From contig OZ223272.1 of the NCBI GenBank assembly GCA_965140585.1, positions 384,001-448,000 of the forward strand: a stretch of 64,000 nt of DNA. The letters run 5' to 3'. Each line of letters begins with the position of its first letter. The stretch's first letter is position 1. The notes beneath the pieces were generated by a model, which worked only from the letters and a program-made list of their open reading frames with translations, did not search any database and was not told the origin of the DNA. Shown here piece after piece: positions 30,361 through 39,667 of the stretch. A program made the translations under genes and the position numbers. Source of the stretch: Spirochaetia bacterium. GTDB taxonomy: Bacteria; Spirochaetota; Spirochaetia; UBA9216.

Positions 30361-31068
30361 CTATTTAGTAACGTAAACCTCTGAAATGTAACTGCTTTCA
30401 AAGCCACGAATCCCCTTGATCCATTCAAGGAATTTACCGGCTTCCTGCTTTTCGGTGTAAGGTCCGAGCCTGACACGGTAATAACTGCTTCCGTTTACTT
30501 CAGTGGTAGTTATTGTGCAGGTTATACCTTCTTCAAAAAGCCGTTCCTTAACATCGGTAGCCTTTCCAAGTGAAGAAAATGAACCGGCCTGAATCCAGTA
30601 CTCGGTTGTTCTGACAGCCTGTCTCTCTGTTGTCTTCGTTTCGGGAGCCTTAACAGGAGCAGCTGCAGCAGGTGTACTGACAACCGGTCTTGCGGCGACA
30701 GCCTGCTTATCCTGAACAACCTGTGGAAGCTCAAGAGTAATTTCCCTGCTGGCTGCAGTTCCTTCAGAATTTCCTGAGTCTTCAGACCGTGTATTCTCCG
30801 GCATACCGTAAACAAGCTCTTCGGATGTTACAACGAAGTCTTCTGATGCATCCTTGTTTTCTTCAAGATCGGTAAAAACCTCATCCTTTCTGACCCACTC
30901 AACCGGATCAAAACCTGATTTGCCCGCTAAAGATGCATTATTATTGGCGGCACCAGCCCCGGCGGTTGCTCTGTCGTCAGGCAGAAACCAGAAGAATCCG
31001 ATTCCGACAACAACAAGTACCATTACACCAAGCGCAAAAATTATCCACAGGGTTTTTCTATCTTCCAT
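30361..31068 (-). CDS. SPOR-domain membrane-anchored protein (FtsN/DedD-like)
   Basis: N-terminal TM segment, low-complexity linker, then YWIQAGSF...YYRVRLGPY. Confidence 0.9.
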   Translation of the reverse strand: MEDRKTLWIIFALGVMVLVVVGIGFFWFLPDDRATAGAGAANNNASLAGKSGFDPVEWVRKDEVFTDLEENKDASEDFVVTSEELVYGMPENTRSEDSGNSEGTAASREITLELPQVVQDKQAVAARPVVSTPAAAAPVKAPETKTTERQAVRTTEYWIQAGSFSSLGKATDVKERLFEEGITCTITTTEVNGSSYYRVRLGPYTEKQEAGKFLEWIKGIRGFESSYISEVYVTK

Positions 31069-31666
31069 TTCGTCCCTTCTGTTCTATTTCCTCAAGCAGG
31101 GTTCTGACTTTACTGTCCAGAAGATCAGTTCCGTCAGAATTCCTTATAGTATAAGTATCGACATATTTCCTTAATGGTTGAGCTTTGAGTGAACGCTGTG
31201 ACCAAATTCTTTTAAGTACGGCCGACAGCCCCATATTATCACGCTTAAGGGCCCTGGAGATTCTGATAAGAAGCGGTGCATTAACCCAGATAACTGCCGA
31301 ACACAGTACATGCAGCTTCATATGAAGAAGGATTGCAGCATTGATAATCACATGCTCTATTCCATCAGCCTGATATTCTGATATAAGCTGCTGTGTCTTC
31401 TCGACCATCCACGGATGGCTGATTGATTCAAGCTTTGCGAGCATTGACGGATCAGAGAAAACTACAGCGCCGAGCTTCCGGCGGTTAACACTGCCGTCAG
31501 TATCAATGATATCAGCTCCGAAAGCCTCTACAATTTTTGAGCTGTTTTCAGCAAGGGCCTGATGTCCCAGCTTATCAACATCGATAACAGCAGCGCCTGT
31601 CGCTTCGAGAACTGCAGATACAGCATTTTTCCCAGCGCAGTATTTGCCGGTAAGTCCGATCACCAT
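31058..31666 (-). CDS. coaE: Dephospho-CoA kinase
   Basis: IGLTGKYCAGK, IDVDKLGH, NRRKLGAVVF and LESISHP; directly follows polA. Confidence 0.92.
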   Translation of the reverse strand: MVIGLTGKYCAGKNAVSAVLEATGAAVIDVDKLGHQALAENSSKIVEAFGADIIDTDGSVNRRKLGAVVFSDPSMLAKLESISHPWMVEKTQQLISEYQADGIEHVIINAAILLHMKLHVLCSAVIWVNAPLLIRISRALKRDNMGLSAVLKRIWSQRSLKAQPLRKYVDTYTIRNSDGTDLLDSKVRTLLEEIEQKGRNGR

Positions 31667-34482
31667 TAATGCATGTCTCCCCAGCAGGCGCCGGTCTCAA
31701 CATTGACCCTCAGCGGAATATCCAGTTTGTAGACCGATTCCATAACTGATTTCACAAGGGTTTCCATCTCGGCAATCTCATCTTCGGGAACCTCAAATAT
31801 GAGTTCATCATGAACCTGAAGCAGCAGTCTGGATTTCAGCTTTCTCTGCTCGAGTTCCTTATCGAGTGCAAGCATTGCCATTTTGACGATATCGGCGGCA
31901 GAGCCCTGGATCGGGGTATTCAGCGCAATTCGCTCAGCACCTGCCCTCTCGGTGGCGTTTCTGCTGTTTATGCCGTGAATAAAGCGTTCATGCCCCATTA
32001 TTGTGTGAACAATTCCTGTGGAGCCTGCTTCATCGGCAATCTTTTCTATATATTCCTTTATCCGTTTGTATCTGGCAAAATACGCACCGATAAACTCATC
32101 AGCTGTCTTTCGGGGAATCTTGAGTTCCCTCGACAGCCTGAATGCCGACATACCGTACATAACGCCGAAATTGATGGTTTTGGCCACACGCCGCTGATCG
32201 GCAGTGACAAATTCCGGAAAGACATCGAAAATAAGAGCTGCTGTCTGCTTATGAACATCCTCTCCCTCAAGGAAGGCTCTCTTAAGTCCCTCATCCCCGG
32301 AAAGGTGTGCCAGAACAACCAGCTCAATCTGGGAATAGTCGGCGCTCAGGAATCTGCATCCTTCAGCGGGGATGAATGCCTCCCTTATCTTTCTGCCGTT
32401 ATCAGTTTTTACCGGAATATTCTGCAGATTAGGGTCCTTGGAAGAAAGGCGGCCGGTTGCAGTTCCGGTCTGGATAAACTGGGTATGAATGCGTCCTGTT
32501 CCGCCGTTTACCAAGGCAGGAAGGGTATCGACATAGGTTGATTTAAGTTTTGAAAGACTGCGGTTCTCGAGTATTTTCTCGGGAACGGGATCCTGTTCGG
32601 CCAGTATTTCGAGAACCTGAACATTGGTTGAATATCCGGTCTTGGTCTTCTTAATCGGTTTGAGTCCCCGCTTTTCAAAAAGGACTTCCTGCAGCTGTTT
32701 GGTGGAGTTGATATTAAACTCCATTCCGCATAGTTCATATATTTCATTCTGAATAGTCTCAAGCTGTTCACCAAGGATAACCCCGAAATCAGAGAGAAGC
32801 TTAGTATCTATGATAATACCTCTAAGCTCCATCTCTGCAAGAACGGTCACCAGGGGAAGTTCAATATCATTATAAAGCTTCATCATTTTCCGCTCTTTTA
32901 GTTCGGGTTCAAAGCATTTATACAGCCTGAAGGTGATGTCGGTATCTTCAGCCGCATAGTTTACGGCATTTTCAAGGGTAACCTTGTCAAAAATCTCATT
33001 CTTCGGCACAACGTCATCGTAGTGGATGGTCTGGTAACCGATTGCACGCTCGGCAAGCAGGTCCATATTAAACTGACCAAGACTGCTGTCCAGCATCCAG
33101 GCTGCTATCATCGTATCAAAGCAGATACCTTTAATCTGAATGCCCCAGCGCTTGAGGACCTTGTAATCGTATTTAATATTCTGCCCGACAACTTTAAAAC
33201 CTTCATCTTCAAGAAGCGGCTTCAGAACCTTTCTGACATCCTCATCAGCAAAATAATCTTTTACTTCACCTGATTCATCAGCAGCGCGAAGCGGAATATA
33301 CCAGCCGGATCCTGCTTCAATGCTGATTGAAAAGCCTATCGGAACCGCTGATACAGAATCGAGGCTGTCGGTTTCACAGTCAAAGGCAAACAGACCGGCC
33401 TTCCTGACCTGCCGGGTAAGCTTTTCAAGCGCAGCAGTATCGGTAATCGCCTCATACTTTCCCTTGCCGGCAAAGACTGAGTGCTTCTGTGCAAGTCCTG
33501 AGATTCCTGTAAACAGCGGGTCTCCGCCGTACAGCCGCTCTGGCGATTTTGCCGCTTCCTTTTTACCATCGGCTTTGCTTCCAGTTACTGCAGAGCCTGC
33601 AGTATCGCCGTTTTCTCCGGAAAGCTTGTCGGCAACGCTTGTAACCTCGTATTCACGAAGAAGCACAGCTCCGTCAGCAGGCTTCCAGTCCGAAGCTGAA
33701 AGTGATTCAATGCTGAGCTCCAGACCGCAGTCGGGCTTGAGCGTTACAAGTTCACGGCTGAGGTAGGCGTTTTCCCTGCTCTCTTCGAGCTTCTTTTTAA
33801 CCGAGGCGGTCTGAGAATCGAGGTTGGCATAAACCCCGTCAAGATCGCCGAACTCGGACAGAAGTTTTACTGCTGTTTTTGGGCCTATTCCACGTACACC
33901 GGGAACATTATCAGCCTGGTCGCCGGTGAGGGCAAGGTAGTCGATTATCTTTTCCGGTCCGACGCCCCATTCCTCTTCAACCTCGGGAAGCCCGAGTATT
34001 TTATATTCACCCTTGTCCGGTTTCATTATTCTGACCTTATCATCAACAAGCTGAAGAAGGTCCTTATCGCCGGTTATTATGTAGCAGGGCCGTTCCTCGG
34101 CAGAGGCCATCCCGGCAAAATAGGCAATAATATCATCAGCCTCAAAACGGTCCTTGCGGACTATCTTCAGGTTCATGGCTTCAAGTACCTTTTCAATCAC
34201 CGGAATCTGGGCGTGCAGATCATCCGGCGCCTTTTCACGGTTGGCTTTGTACTCTGGATACTGTTCATGTCTGAATGTCGGGACCCTTGAATCAAGCACA
34301 ACGGCAAAGTATTCCGGTTTAAATGTCTCAAAGAGGTTTGCAATGCTTCTGAAAAAACCGAAGACTGCTGAGGTGTTTTCACCCTTCGAGTTGATGAGTG
34401 GTCTGTTGATAAATGCAAAATAGGAACGGTAAATAAGGCTGTACCCGTCAAGAAGGTAGACGGCCCTGTTGTTTTCTTTCAT
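31666..34482 (-). CDS. polA: DNA polymerase I
   Basis: 5'-exo LDGYSLIYR, YKANR, EADD and GDKD; 3'-exo DCETD, NIKYD and YAAED; polymerase TGRLSS, DYSQIEL, KTINFGVMYG and QVHDE. Confidence 0.97.
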   Translation of the reverse strand: MKENNRAVYLLDGYSLIYRSYFAFINRPLINSKGENTSAVFGFFRSIANLFETFKPEYFAVVLDSRVPTFRHEQYPEYKANREKAPDDLHAQIPVIEKVLEAMNLKIVRKDRFEADDIIAYFAGMASAEERPCYIITGDKDLLQLVDDKVRIMKPDKGEYKILGLPEVEEEWGVGPEKIIDYLALTGDQADNVPGVRGIGPKTAVKLLSEFGDLDGVYANLDSQTASVKKKLEESRENAYLSRELVTLKPDCGLELSIESLSASDWKPADGAVLLREYEVTSVADKLSGENGDTAGSAVTGSKADGKKEAAKSPERLYGGDPLFTGISGLAQKHSVFAGKGKYEAITDTAALEKLTRQVRKAGLFAFDCETDSLDSVSAVPIGFSISIEAGSGWYIPLRAADESGEVKDYFADEDVRKVLKPLLEDEGFKVVGQNIKYDYKVLKRWGIQIKGICFDTMIAAWMLDSSLGQFNMDLLAERAIGYQTIHYDDVVPKNEIFDKVTLENAVNYAAEDTDITFRLYKCFEPELKERKMMKLYNDIELPLVTVLAEMELRGIIIDTKLLSDFGVILGEQLETIQNEIYELCGMEFNINSTKQLQEVLFEKRGLKPIKKTKTGYSTNVQVLEILAEQDPVPEKILENRSLSKLKSTYVDTLPALVNGGTGRIHTQFIQTGTATGRLSSKDPNLQNIPVKTDNGRKIREAFIPAEGCRFLSADYSQIELVVLAHLSGDEGLKRAFLEGEDVHKQTAALIFDVFPEFVTADQRRVAKTINFGVMYGMSAFRLSRELKIPRKTADEFIGAYFARYKRIKEYIEKIADEAGSTGIVHTIMGHERFIHGINSRNATERAGAERIALNTPIQGSAADIVKMAMLALDKELEQRKLKSRLLLQVHDELIFEVPEDEIAEMETLVKSVMESVYKLDIPLRVNVETGACWGDMH

Positions 34483-34916
34483 ATCTTTATATCCAATTGG
34501 TTAGGGTTATCCCCTGAATAATATATCCTTCGGGCAAATTTAGGAAGTCTGGACCTCTCAATACGGTTCTTTAATGCCGACATCTTTTCAGAAAGAAGCA
34601 CTATATTAGCCTCTCCACGTTCGGAGGCCTGTTTTCTAAGATCATCTATTTCCCCATAAAGGCGGCTTATTTCGCTGTTTTGAGGTAAACTTCCGTCTTT
34701 ATAATCAAAAAGCAGTGCATTGCAGGTCTTCGTGTACGAGATGATTTTTTCTACCTGTGATTTTTCCAAATCGGTATGAATGCAGAGTTTCTCCTGATCT
34801 CCTGCAAGAATATCCTCCTGTTCAAAGGCCAGAATATCCATGAGGGTGAGGTAGCTTTGTTTTAATTCTTCAAGGTATTTAAAAAGATTGAGCAGAAAAC
34901 TGCCGGAATCAGACAT
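34479..34916 (-). CDS. flgN: FlgN-like flagellar export chaperone
   Basis: Helical 145-aa protein directly after fliS with a C-terminal Y...LDIKI tail. Confidence 0.6.
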   Translation of the reverse strand: MSDSGSFLLNLFKYLEELKQSYLTLMDILAFEQEDILAGDQEKLCIHTDLEKSQVEKIISYTKTCNALLFDYKDGSLPQNSEISRLYGEIDDLRKQASERGEANIVLLSEKMSALKNRIERSRLPKFARRIYYSGDNPNQLDIKI

Positions 34917-35341
34917 TATCCTGCAATATTAATACCAGTTGAGGCCTGAGGCGCATTTGCTCCGGCTTTCTGAAAAACCTGCTGCCAGGCATCCTTCAAA
35001 TCCTTCATCATGATAATGATGGATTTTACCGGTTCAGCATCCTTTTTGACGTTTGCAAGCATAAGTTCCCGGTTGAAAAATATATAAAGGCTGTAGAGAT
35101 TCTTGGCAATCTCGCCGCCCCTGTCAAAATCGAGCGAGACCATTAGCTCGGTGATAATATCCTGGGCCTTTATAAGGGCATTATTAATCTGGTCGATCTG
35201 CGGCTTGGCAGACTCAAGGGCGGAAACAGCTGTTTCCATCTGCCGCACTGCCTCCGTGTACAGCATTAATACCAGTTTGCCCTGACTGGCTGTCTTAATG
35301 TTTGTTTCACGGTACGCATTCAACGGATTTAGATTGCTCAA
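34916..35341 (-). CDS. fliS: Flagellin chaperone FliS
   Basis: AYRETNIKTASQGKLVLMLY, KAQDIITELMVSLD, GGEIAKNLYSLY and LKDAW; TTG start. Confidence 0.95.
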   Translation of the reverse strand: MSNLNPLNAYRETNIKTASQGKLVLMLYTEAVRQMETAVSALESAKPQIDQINNALIKAQDIITELMVSLDFDRGGEIAKNLYSLYIFFNRELMLANVKKDAEPVKSIIIMMKDLKDAWQQVFQKAGANAPQASTGINIAG

Positions 35342-35390
35342 GATTCCATCTCCCTGTCTGATTTACTGCCCAAGGACAGATTATTTATAA

Positions 35391-35417
35391 TTATCGGTGA
35401 TTTCAAAAGACCCTTTA
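35391..35417 (-). promoter_or_regulatory. Sigma28 (FliA)-type promoter upstream of fliS
   Basis: Minus strand TAAA-GGGTCTTTTGAAATC(15 nt)-ACCGATAA versus consensus TAAA-N15-GCCGATAA. Confidence 0.78.
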
Positions 35418-35451
35418 GAGATCTTTTATCTTTTTTTAAAGATTTTACAAA

Positions 35452-37725
35452 TCACCTTCTTGCCCGGTCTATAAGCACGCTTACCGGAACAACCGAATAT
35501 CCCTGTTCAATAAGGTCGTTCAGAAGCAGTTCAAGACTGGCAAATAATGGTTCGGTTCCGTCGGTGGATTCACCGAGTCTGATTGGGATGATCGAGCCGG
35601 GTTTCTTCTTGTTCATAATGGTTTCGATCATTTCTGCAACACTCAGACCCTGACTGCTCAGGCCTCTTACATCCCATACCCACTCAAGCGGATCAATATC
35701 ACGGTTGATATAGGTATAGTTCATTTCCTTGGATGCATCAATAATATCGCTGCTAACAACGTAATAAGGTGCATGCCAAAGCAACGCAAGCTCCTCCCCA
35801 GTTAAAGCATAGTAGTCATCCTCGTTCCGGGCAAGGCCTCTTTTGATAAATTCTTTATCAAGCCTGTATCTTGCATCAGTCATGTTAAAATATGAATAGA
35901 AAAGTGAGCCGATTTCATGAGAAGAATTTGCAAGTTCCTGGACTGCCTCAGGATTTCTACGCATAAAATTACCATTCACAAAAAAAGTGGCGCTGATATC
36001 GTAATGATCAAGCACATTAAGAACCTCAGTAAGGCCCTCTGCTGAATCAATAGCGTTGAATACTATTGAAATTTCCCTTCTGCGGATTCGTGAGCCGTGG
36101 GAGAAATTGTCGAAGTTTATATCATCGTCTCTTGCAGGAAAGGCTTCGTATTCTGATTCAGGATAGGGAAAGAGCGCTTCAGTACCGAAGCTGTCCAGCT
36201 TTCTCATCATTATCATATTCTGGTAGGGCCCTGCTGTCTGATCCTGGGTATAAACGCGGTATTTGTCCGACACTGAGACAGGAACCTCTTCATCAAGACT
36301 GAAAACACGCTTCCACCCTGTTTCCTTGTCGAGTATAAACAGATTTCCGTTAGAAGATGCGTACACGGAGCCTGATTTTGTGTAACCGGAGGAATCTGCC
36401 TGTGAAACGGTAAGAACGGTCGAACTGTCGGTGTAAATATCATATTTTTCTGTGGAATATTTTCCGGTAATCAGCAGCTCGGAATCGGATATCCAGAAGG
36501 ATTTTATAGGACTGTCAAACTTCAATGTGCCCGAGGTACTCCAGGTCTTATAATCCTTGAAGGCTATTCTGTCATTGTAGAGAACCGCAACAGTCTCGGA
36601 ATTCATGGACAGCTCAAGGTCCGTGACGTTCTCTTCTGGAATCTGCTTAAATTCAAGCGGTTTATCGGTGTAACGAAGGTCAAACCTGAAAACAGAGGTT
36701 TTCTGGGATCCTCCCTCAATTCGTGTTGTCAGAATAGTGACTATATCGCTTGTGGGCCAGACAACTTTTTTAAGCCTTGTATTTCTGGGCAGGTAAAGAT
36801 ACGGCAGCGAAACAACATCACCTGTTGAGATATAGTTTGAGTTTTTAAGAAAATAAAGGAAGATATTGCTTCCGGCTTTATTGAATATGATCTTTTCTCC
36901 GTCGGGAGATACATAGAAGCTGTCAAATGCCGGATCGAAATCAAAGGGAATCTTGCCCGAAATTTCACCGATCTCCATGAGCTCACGGTAAAGGGAGGTT
37001 GTGAACAGCTGAGCTGGAATTATCTTGTATATGACGGAGTCTGAGAGATAAAAAAGTTCTTTACCGGCCGACCAGCGTACATTTGAAATCAGGCCCTTGC
37101 CTATCTTCCTGAACTCTTCAGCCAGAGTCTTACCGGCATAGTACTGCTCAAGAGAGTAATAGAATACCTCTCCGCCCTTGCTGTAGACGAAAAACTCCGA
37201 ATCCGGAGCCCAGAGAACTACTTCATCGCTGTAAGTGAGGTCGAGATTATCTGATATTACGGTTTCCGTTCCCTGAGCTACATCATATAGAATAAGCGAT
37301 GCATAGCCATGGGAAACAGGCTGCAGATATGCGAGGTAGCGGCCGTCCGGTGACGGGTGCGAAGGAAACATCTTTCCTTCCTTTATCTGTTTGCCCTCAA
37401 TGAATCCGGGATATGATTTTATGACCTCAAAACCGGAGAAATCGCTTTTAGTCCTGAACAGACCGTATCGGTTGCGGATCTGGAGTGTATTGCCGCCGTC
37501 AAGCATTACGGCTTCTTCGGGGAAGATAGTCAGCTGGGAAAAATCCCTATCATCAAGATTTACATCAAAAAGGGTTGAGTAGCGTCCGAAACCAGGGCAC
37601 TCAAGCTCTGCGCTGAAAAGTAGATTCTCTCCTTCACCGAATACAGGTGTCTTAAAAAGCACCTGAGCATTGAGAGAAACAGCAAAAATAATAAGAAACG
37701 GCAGCAGAAAAAAGGATTTCTTCAT
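35452..37725 (-). CDS. Exported protein: beta-propeller-like region plus degenerate polysaccharide deacetylase (NodB) domain
   Basis: Signal peptide; SPDG/WAPDS repeats; C-terminal ATFFVNG, HEIGS, HAPY, DPLEW, PGSII and GYSVVPVS. Confidence 0.8.
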   Translation of the reverse strand: MKKSFFLLPFLIIFAVSLNAQVLFKTPVFGEGENLLFSAELECPGFGRYSTLFDVNLDDRDFSQLTIFPEEAVMLDGGNTLQIRNRYGLFRTKSDFSGFEVIKSYPGFIEGKQIKEGKMFPSHPSPDGRYLAYLQPVSHGYASLILYDVAQGTETVISDNLDLTYSDEVVLWAPDSEFFVYSKGGEVFYYSLEQYYAGKTLAEEFRKIGKGLISNVRWSAGKELFYLSDSVIYKIIPAQLFTTSLYRELMEIGEISGKIPFDFDPAFDSFYVSPDGEKIIFNKAGSNIFLYFLKNSNYISTGDVVSLPYLYLPRNTRLKKVVWPTSDIVTILTTRIEGGSQKTSVFRFDLRYTDKPLEFKQIPEENVTDLELSMNSETVAVLYNDRIAFKDYKTWSTSGTLKFDSPIKSFWISDSELLITGKYSTEKYDIYTDSSTVLTVSQADSSGYTKSGSVYASSNGNLFILDKETGWKRVFSLDEEVPVSVSDKYRVYTQDQTAGPYQNMIMMRKLDSFGTEALFPYPESEYEAFPARDDDINFDNFSHGSRIRRREISIVFNAIDSAEGLTEVLNVLDHYDISATFFVNGNFMRRNPEAVQELANSSHEIGSLFYSYFNMTDARYRLDKEFIKRGLARNEDDYYALTGEELALLWHAPYYVVSSDIIDASKEMNYTYINRDIDPLEWVWDVRGLSSQGLSVAEMIETIMNKKKPGSIIPIRLGESTDGTEPLFASLELLLNDLIEQGYSVVPVSVLIDRARR

Positions 37726-37814
37726 ATCTATGAAATTTTCGGCATGCTTAGGCTTAGTGTACAGTAAAAAATGTGATCTTCTTTCAAAACCGGCAGTGTT
37801 TTAAGCGCGGCTGA

Positions 37815-38042
37815 TCACTTCTTTGAGAGTATAAATGTATCAAGTTCAGACTCAATATCAATAAGCCTGAGTGACAGATTTTCCAGTCTGAGCAGTGCAT
37901 CCCCATAGACAACCTCTTCCAGTCTGTCAAAAGACTCTCCAATACTTTGTCTGAGTTCATCAATGGAGCTTACTGGGCTTCCGCAATGCGGACAGAAATT
38001 ATAACCTTCTTCCAACTGACCGTCACATTCCGTACATTTCAT
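37815..38042 (-). CDS. Small zinc-ribbon plus coiled-coil protein
   Basis: MKCTEC...FCPHCG followed by a heptad-like helix; start reassigned to 38042. Confidence 0.75.
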   Translation of the reverse strand: MKCTECDGQLEEGYNFCPHCGSPVSSIDELRQSIGESFDRLEEVVYGDALLRLENLSLRLIDIESELDTFILSKK

Positions 38043-38152
38043 CTCAGTTATCCTCTCTATATAAAATATAGAAAATTCAAAATACAGATGCAAGTAAGCT
38101 TCCGGCAAAACTCGGTCAGTTTTGCAAAAAGCTCCCTTGCATTAAATTTACT

Positions 38153-39505
38153 CTAAAGCAATTGCGCGGCAAGTTCCGCGAGAGCACTTCGCTCGGTATG
38201 AGTAAGAGTAATATGCCCGTAAATCTGCTGGCCCTTGAAAGCTTCAACCAGATAGGAAAGTCCGTTCGAGTTTGTATCAAGATAAGGGCTGTCAATCTGG
38301 TAGGGATCGCCGGTGAGGATAACCTTGGTATTCTTTCCGGCCCTGCTGACTATGGTTTTAATCTCGTGAGGAGTTAGATTCTGGGCTTCATCTATGATGA
38401 TATACTGTTCAGGCAGCGAACGTCCGCGGATATATGTCAGGCCCTCAACTTCGAGAAGATTGTTCTTGATAAACCAGTCAACGCCCTTCTCATCATCCTT
38501 TTTCCGGTTGATTCCGAGAATATACTCCAGATTATCGAATATCGGCTGCATCCAGTGAGACAGCTTTTCTCCCTTGTCTCCGGGCAGATAACCTATGTCC
38601 TTACCCATTGGAATTACCGGCCGAGAGACAAGCATCCGGTTATACTTTGCTTCATCAATAACCTTCGCAAGCCCGGAAGCAAGGGCCAGAAGGGTTTTTC
38701 CCGTTCCGGCCTGTCCTACCAGGGTAACCAGTGATACAGTTTCATCAAGCAGAAGCTCAAAGGCCATCTTCTGTTCCGGATTAAGCGGCTTGATGCCGTA
38801 AACGGAATGACGCCTGGCCGGAAGCATTCTGAGCTCATTATTCTGACTGAAATACCGGCCGATCAGGGTCTCGCCGTCGTCGGAAGCCTTCATCACCACA
38901 AACTCGTTGCTTCGCAAAGAATCCCGCCACTCAATTCGCTTATCATTCCTGAATTTTTCAAATGTATCCCGGGAAACCTGGACTTCCCGCCAGCCCTGGT
39001 AGAGCGATTTTATATCAATCTTCTGCTTTTCATAGTCAACAGCCTTCAGTCCAAGCGCCTCGGCCTTTACGCGGGCGTTTATATCCTTCGAGACTAAAAA
39101 GACCCGCCTGCCCTGCGCCTGAAGATCCAGCGCTGTCTGAATGATACGGTTATCCGCCTTCTGGGCAGCAAGCTCGGGAGGCATTGTGGATGCACCGGCT
39201 CTGAGAACCTTGAGTATGGAACCGTTCTCCATTTTAATTCCGTTGCTTAGGGAGCCTCCTCTTGCCGCCTGGGCATCGAGGAATCGGATTGCATGCCTGG
39301 CACTGCGTCCTTTTTCATCGCTGAAACGCTTCAGGCTGTCAAGCTCCTCAAGCACTGCAAGCGGAATGACAACCTCGTTATCCTTGAATGAAAGGATGGC
39401 ATCAGGCTTGTGAATAAACACATTGGTGTCTATTACAAAGGTTTTAATTGAATCGCCGGATTTTCTGCTGTCTTTACCGTTCTTTTCGATAGTTTCATTT
39501 GACAT
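38153..39505 (-). CDS. PIN-PhoH (PhoH2/YlaK-type) protein
   Basis: PIN motifs VIDTNV, LEELD, DNRI and SKDINAR; PhoH motifs GQAGTGKT, DIGYLPG, IRGRS, DEAQN and GDPYQID. Confidence 0.92.
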   Translation of the reverse strand: MSNETIEKNGKDSRKSGDSIKTFVIDTNVFIHKPDAILSFKDNEVVIPLAVLEELDSLKRFSDEKGRSARHAIRFLDAQAARGGSLSNGIKMENGSILKVLRAGASTMPPELAAQKADNRIIQTALDLQAQGRRVFLVSKDINARVKAEALGLKAVDYEKQKIDIKSLYQGWREVQVSRDTFEKFRNDKRIEWRDSLRSNEFVVMKASDDGETLIGRYFSQNNELRMLPARRHSVYGIKPLNPEQKMAFELLLDETVSLVTLVGQAGTGKTLLALASGLAKVIDEAKYNRMLVSRPVIPMGKDIGYLPGDKGEKLSHWMQPIFDNLEYILGINRKKDDEKGVDWFIKNNLLEVEGLTYIRGRSLPEQYIIIDEAQNLTPHEIKTIVSRAGKNTKVILTGDPYQIDSPYLDTNSNGLSYLVEAFKGQQIYGHITLTHTERSALAELAAQLL

Positions 39506-39604
39506 AGAGGCCTCCTAAAAAAGAAAGATATTCCCTGTATTAATGATACTACCGCTTTTTCAGCAAAGCAATAAACTTAATATTATTAACCAGTAATAAA
39601 CGAA

Positions 39605-39631
39605 CCGCTCTATTGTTAAATAATAGAGCGG
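39605..39631 (-). terminator. Stem-loop terminating the glycerol operon
   Basis: CCGCTCTATT-N7-AATAGAGCGG, followed by TTCGTTTATT on the minus strand. Confidence 0.65.
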
Positions 39632-39667
39632 CTTATTACGGAAGCATTTTTTAAATGATAAAAACTT

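Noticed and set aside
37736-37761. Second sigma28-like promoter (GCCGAAAA) upstream of the NodB-like gene
   Set aside because: The -35 is poor (TACA at 14-nt spacing) and very close to the start codon; too weak to call.
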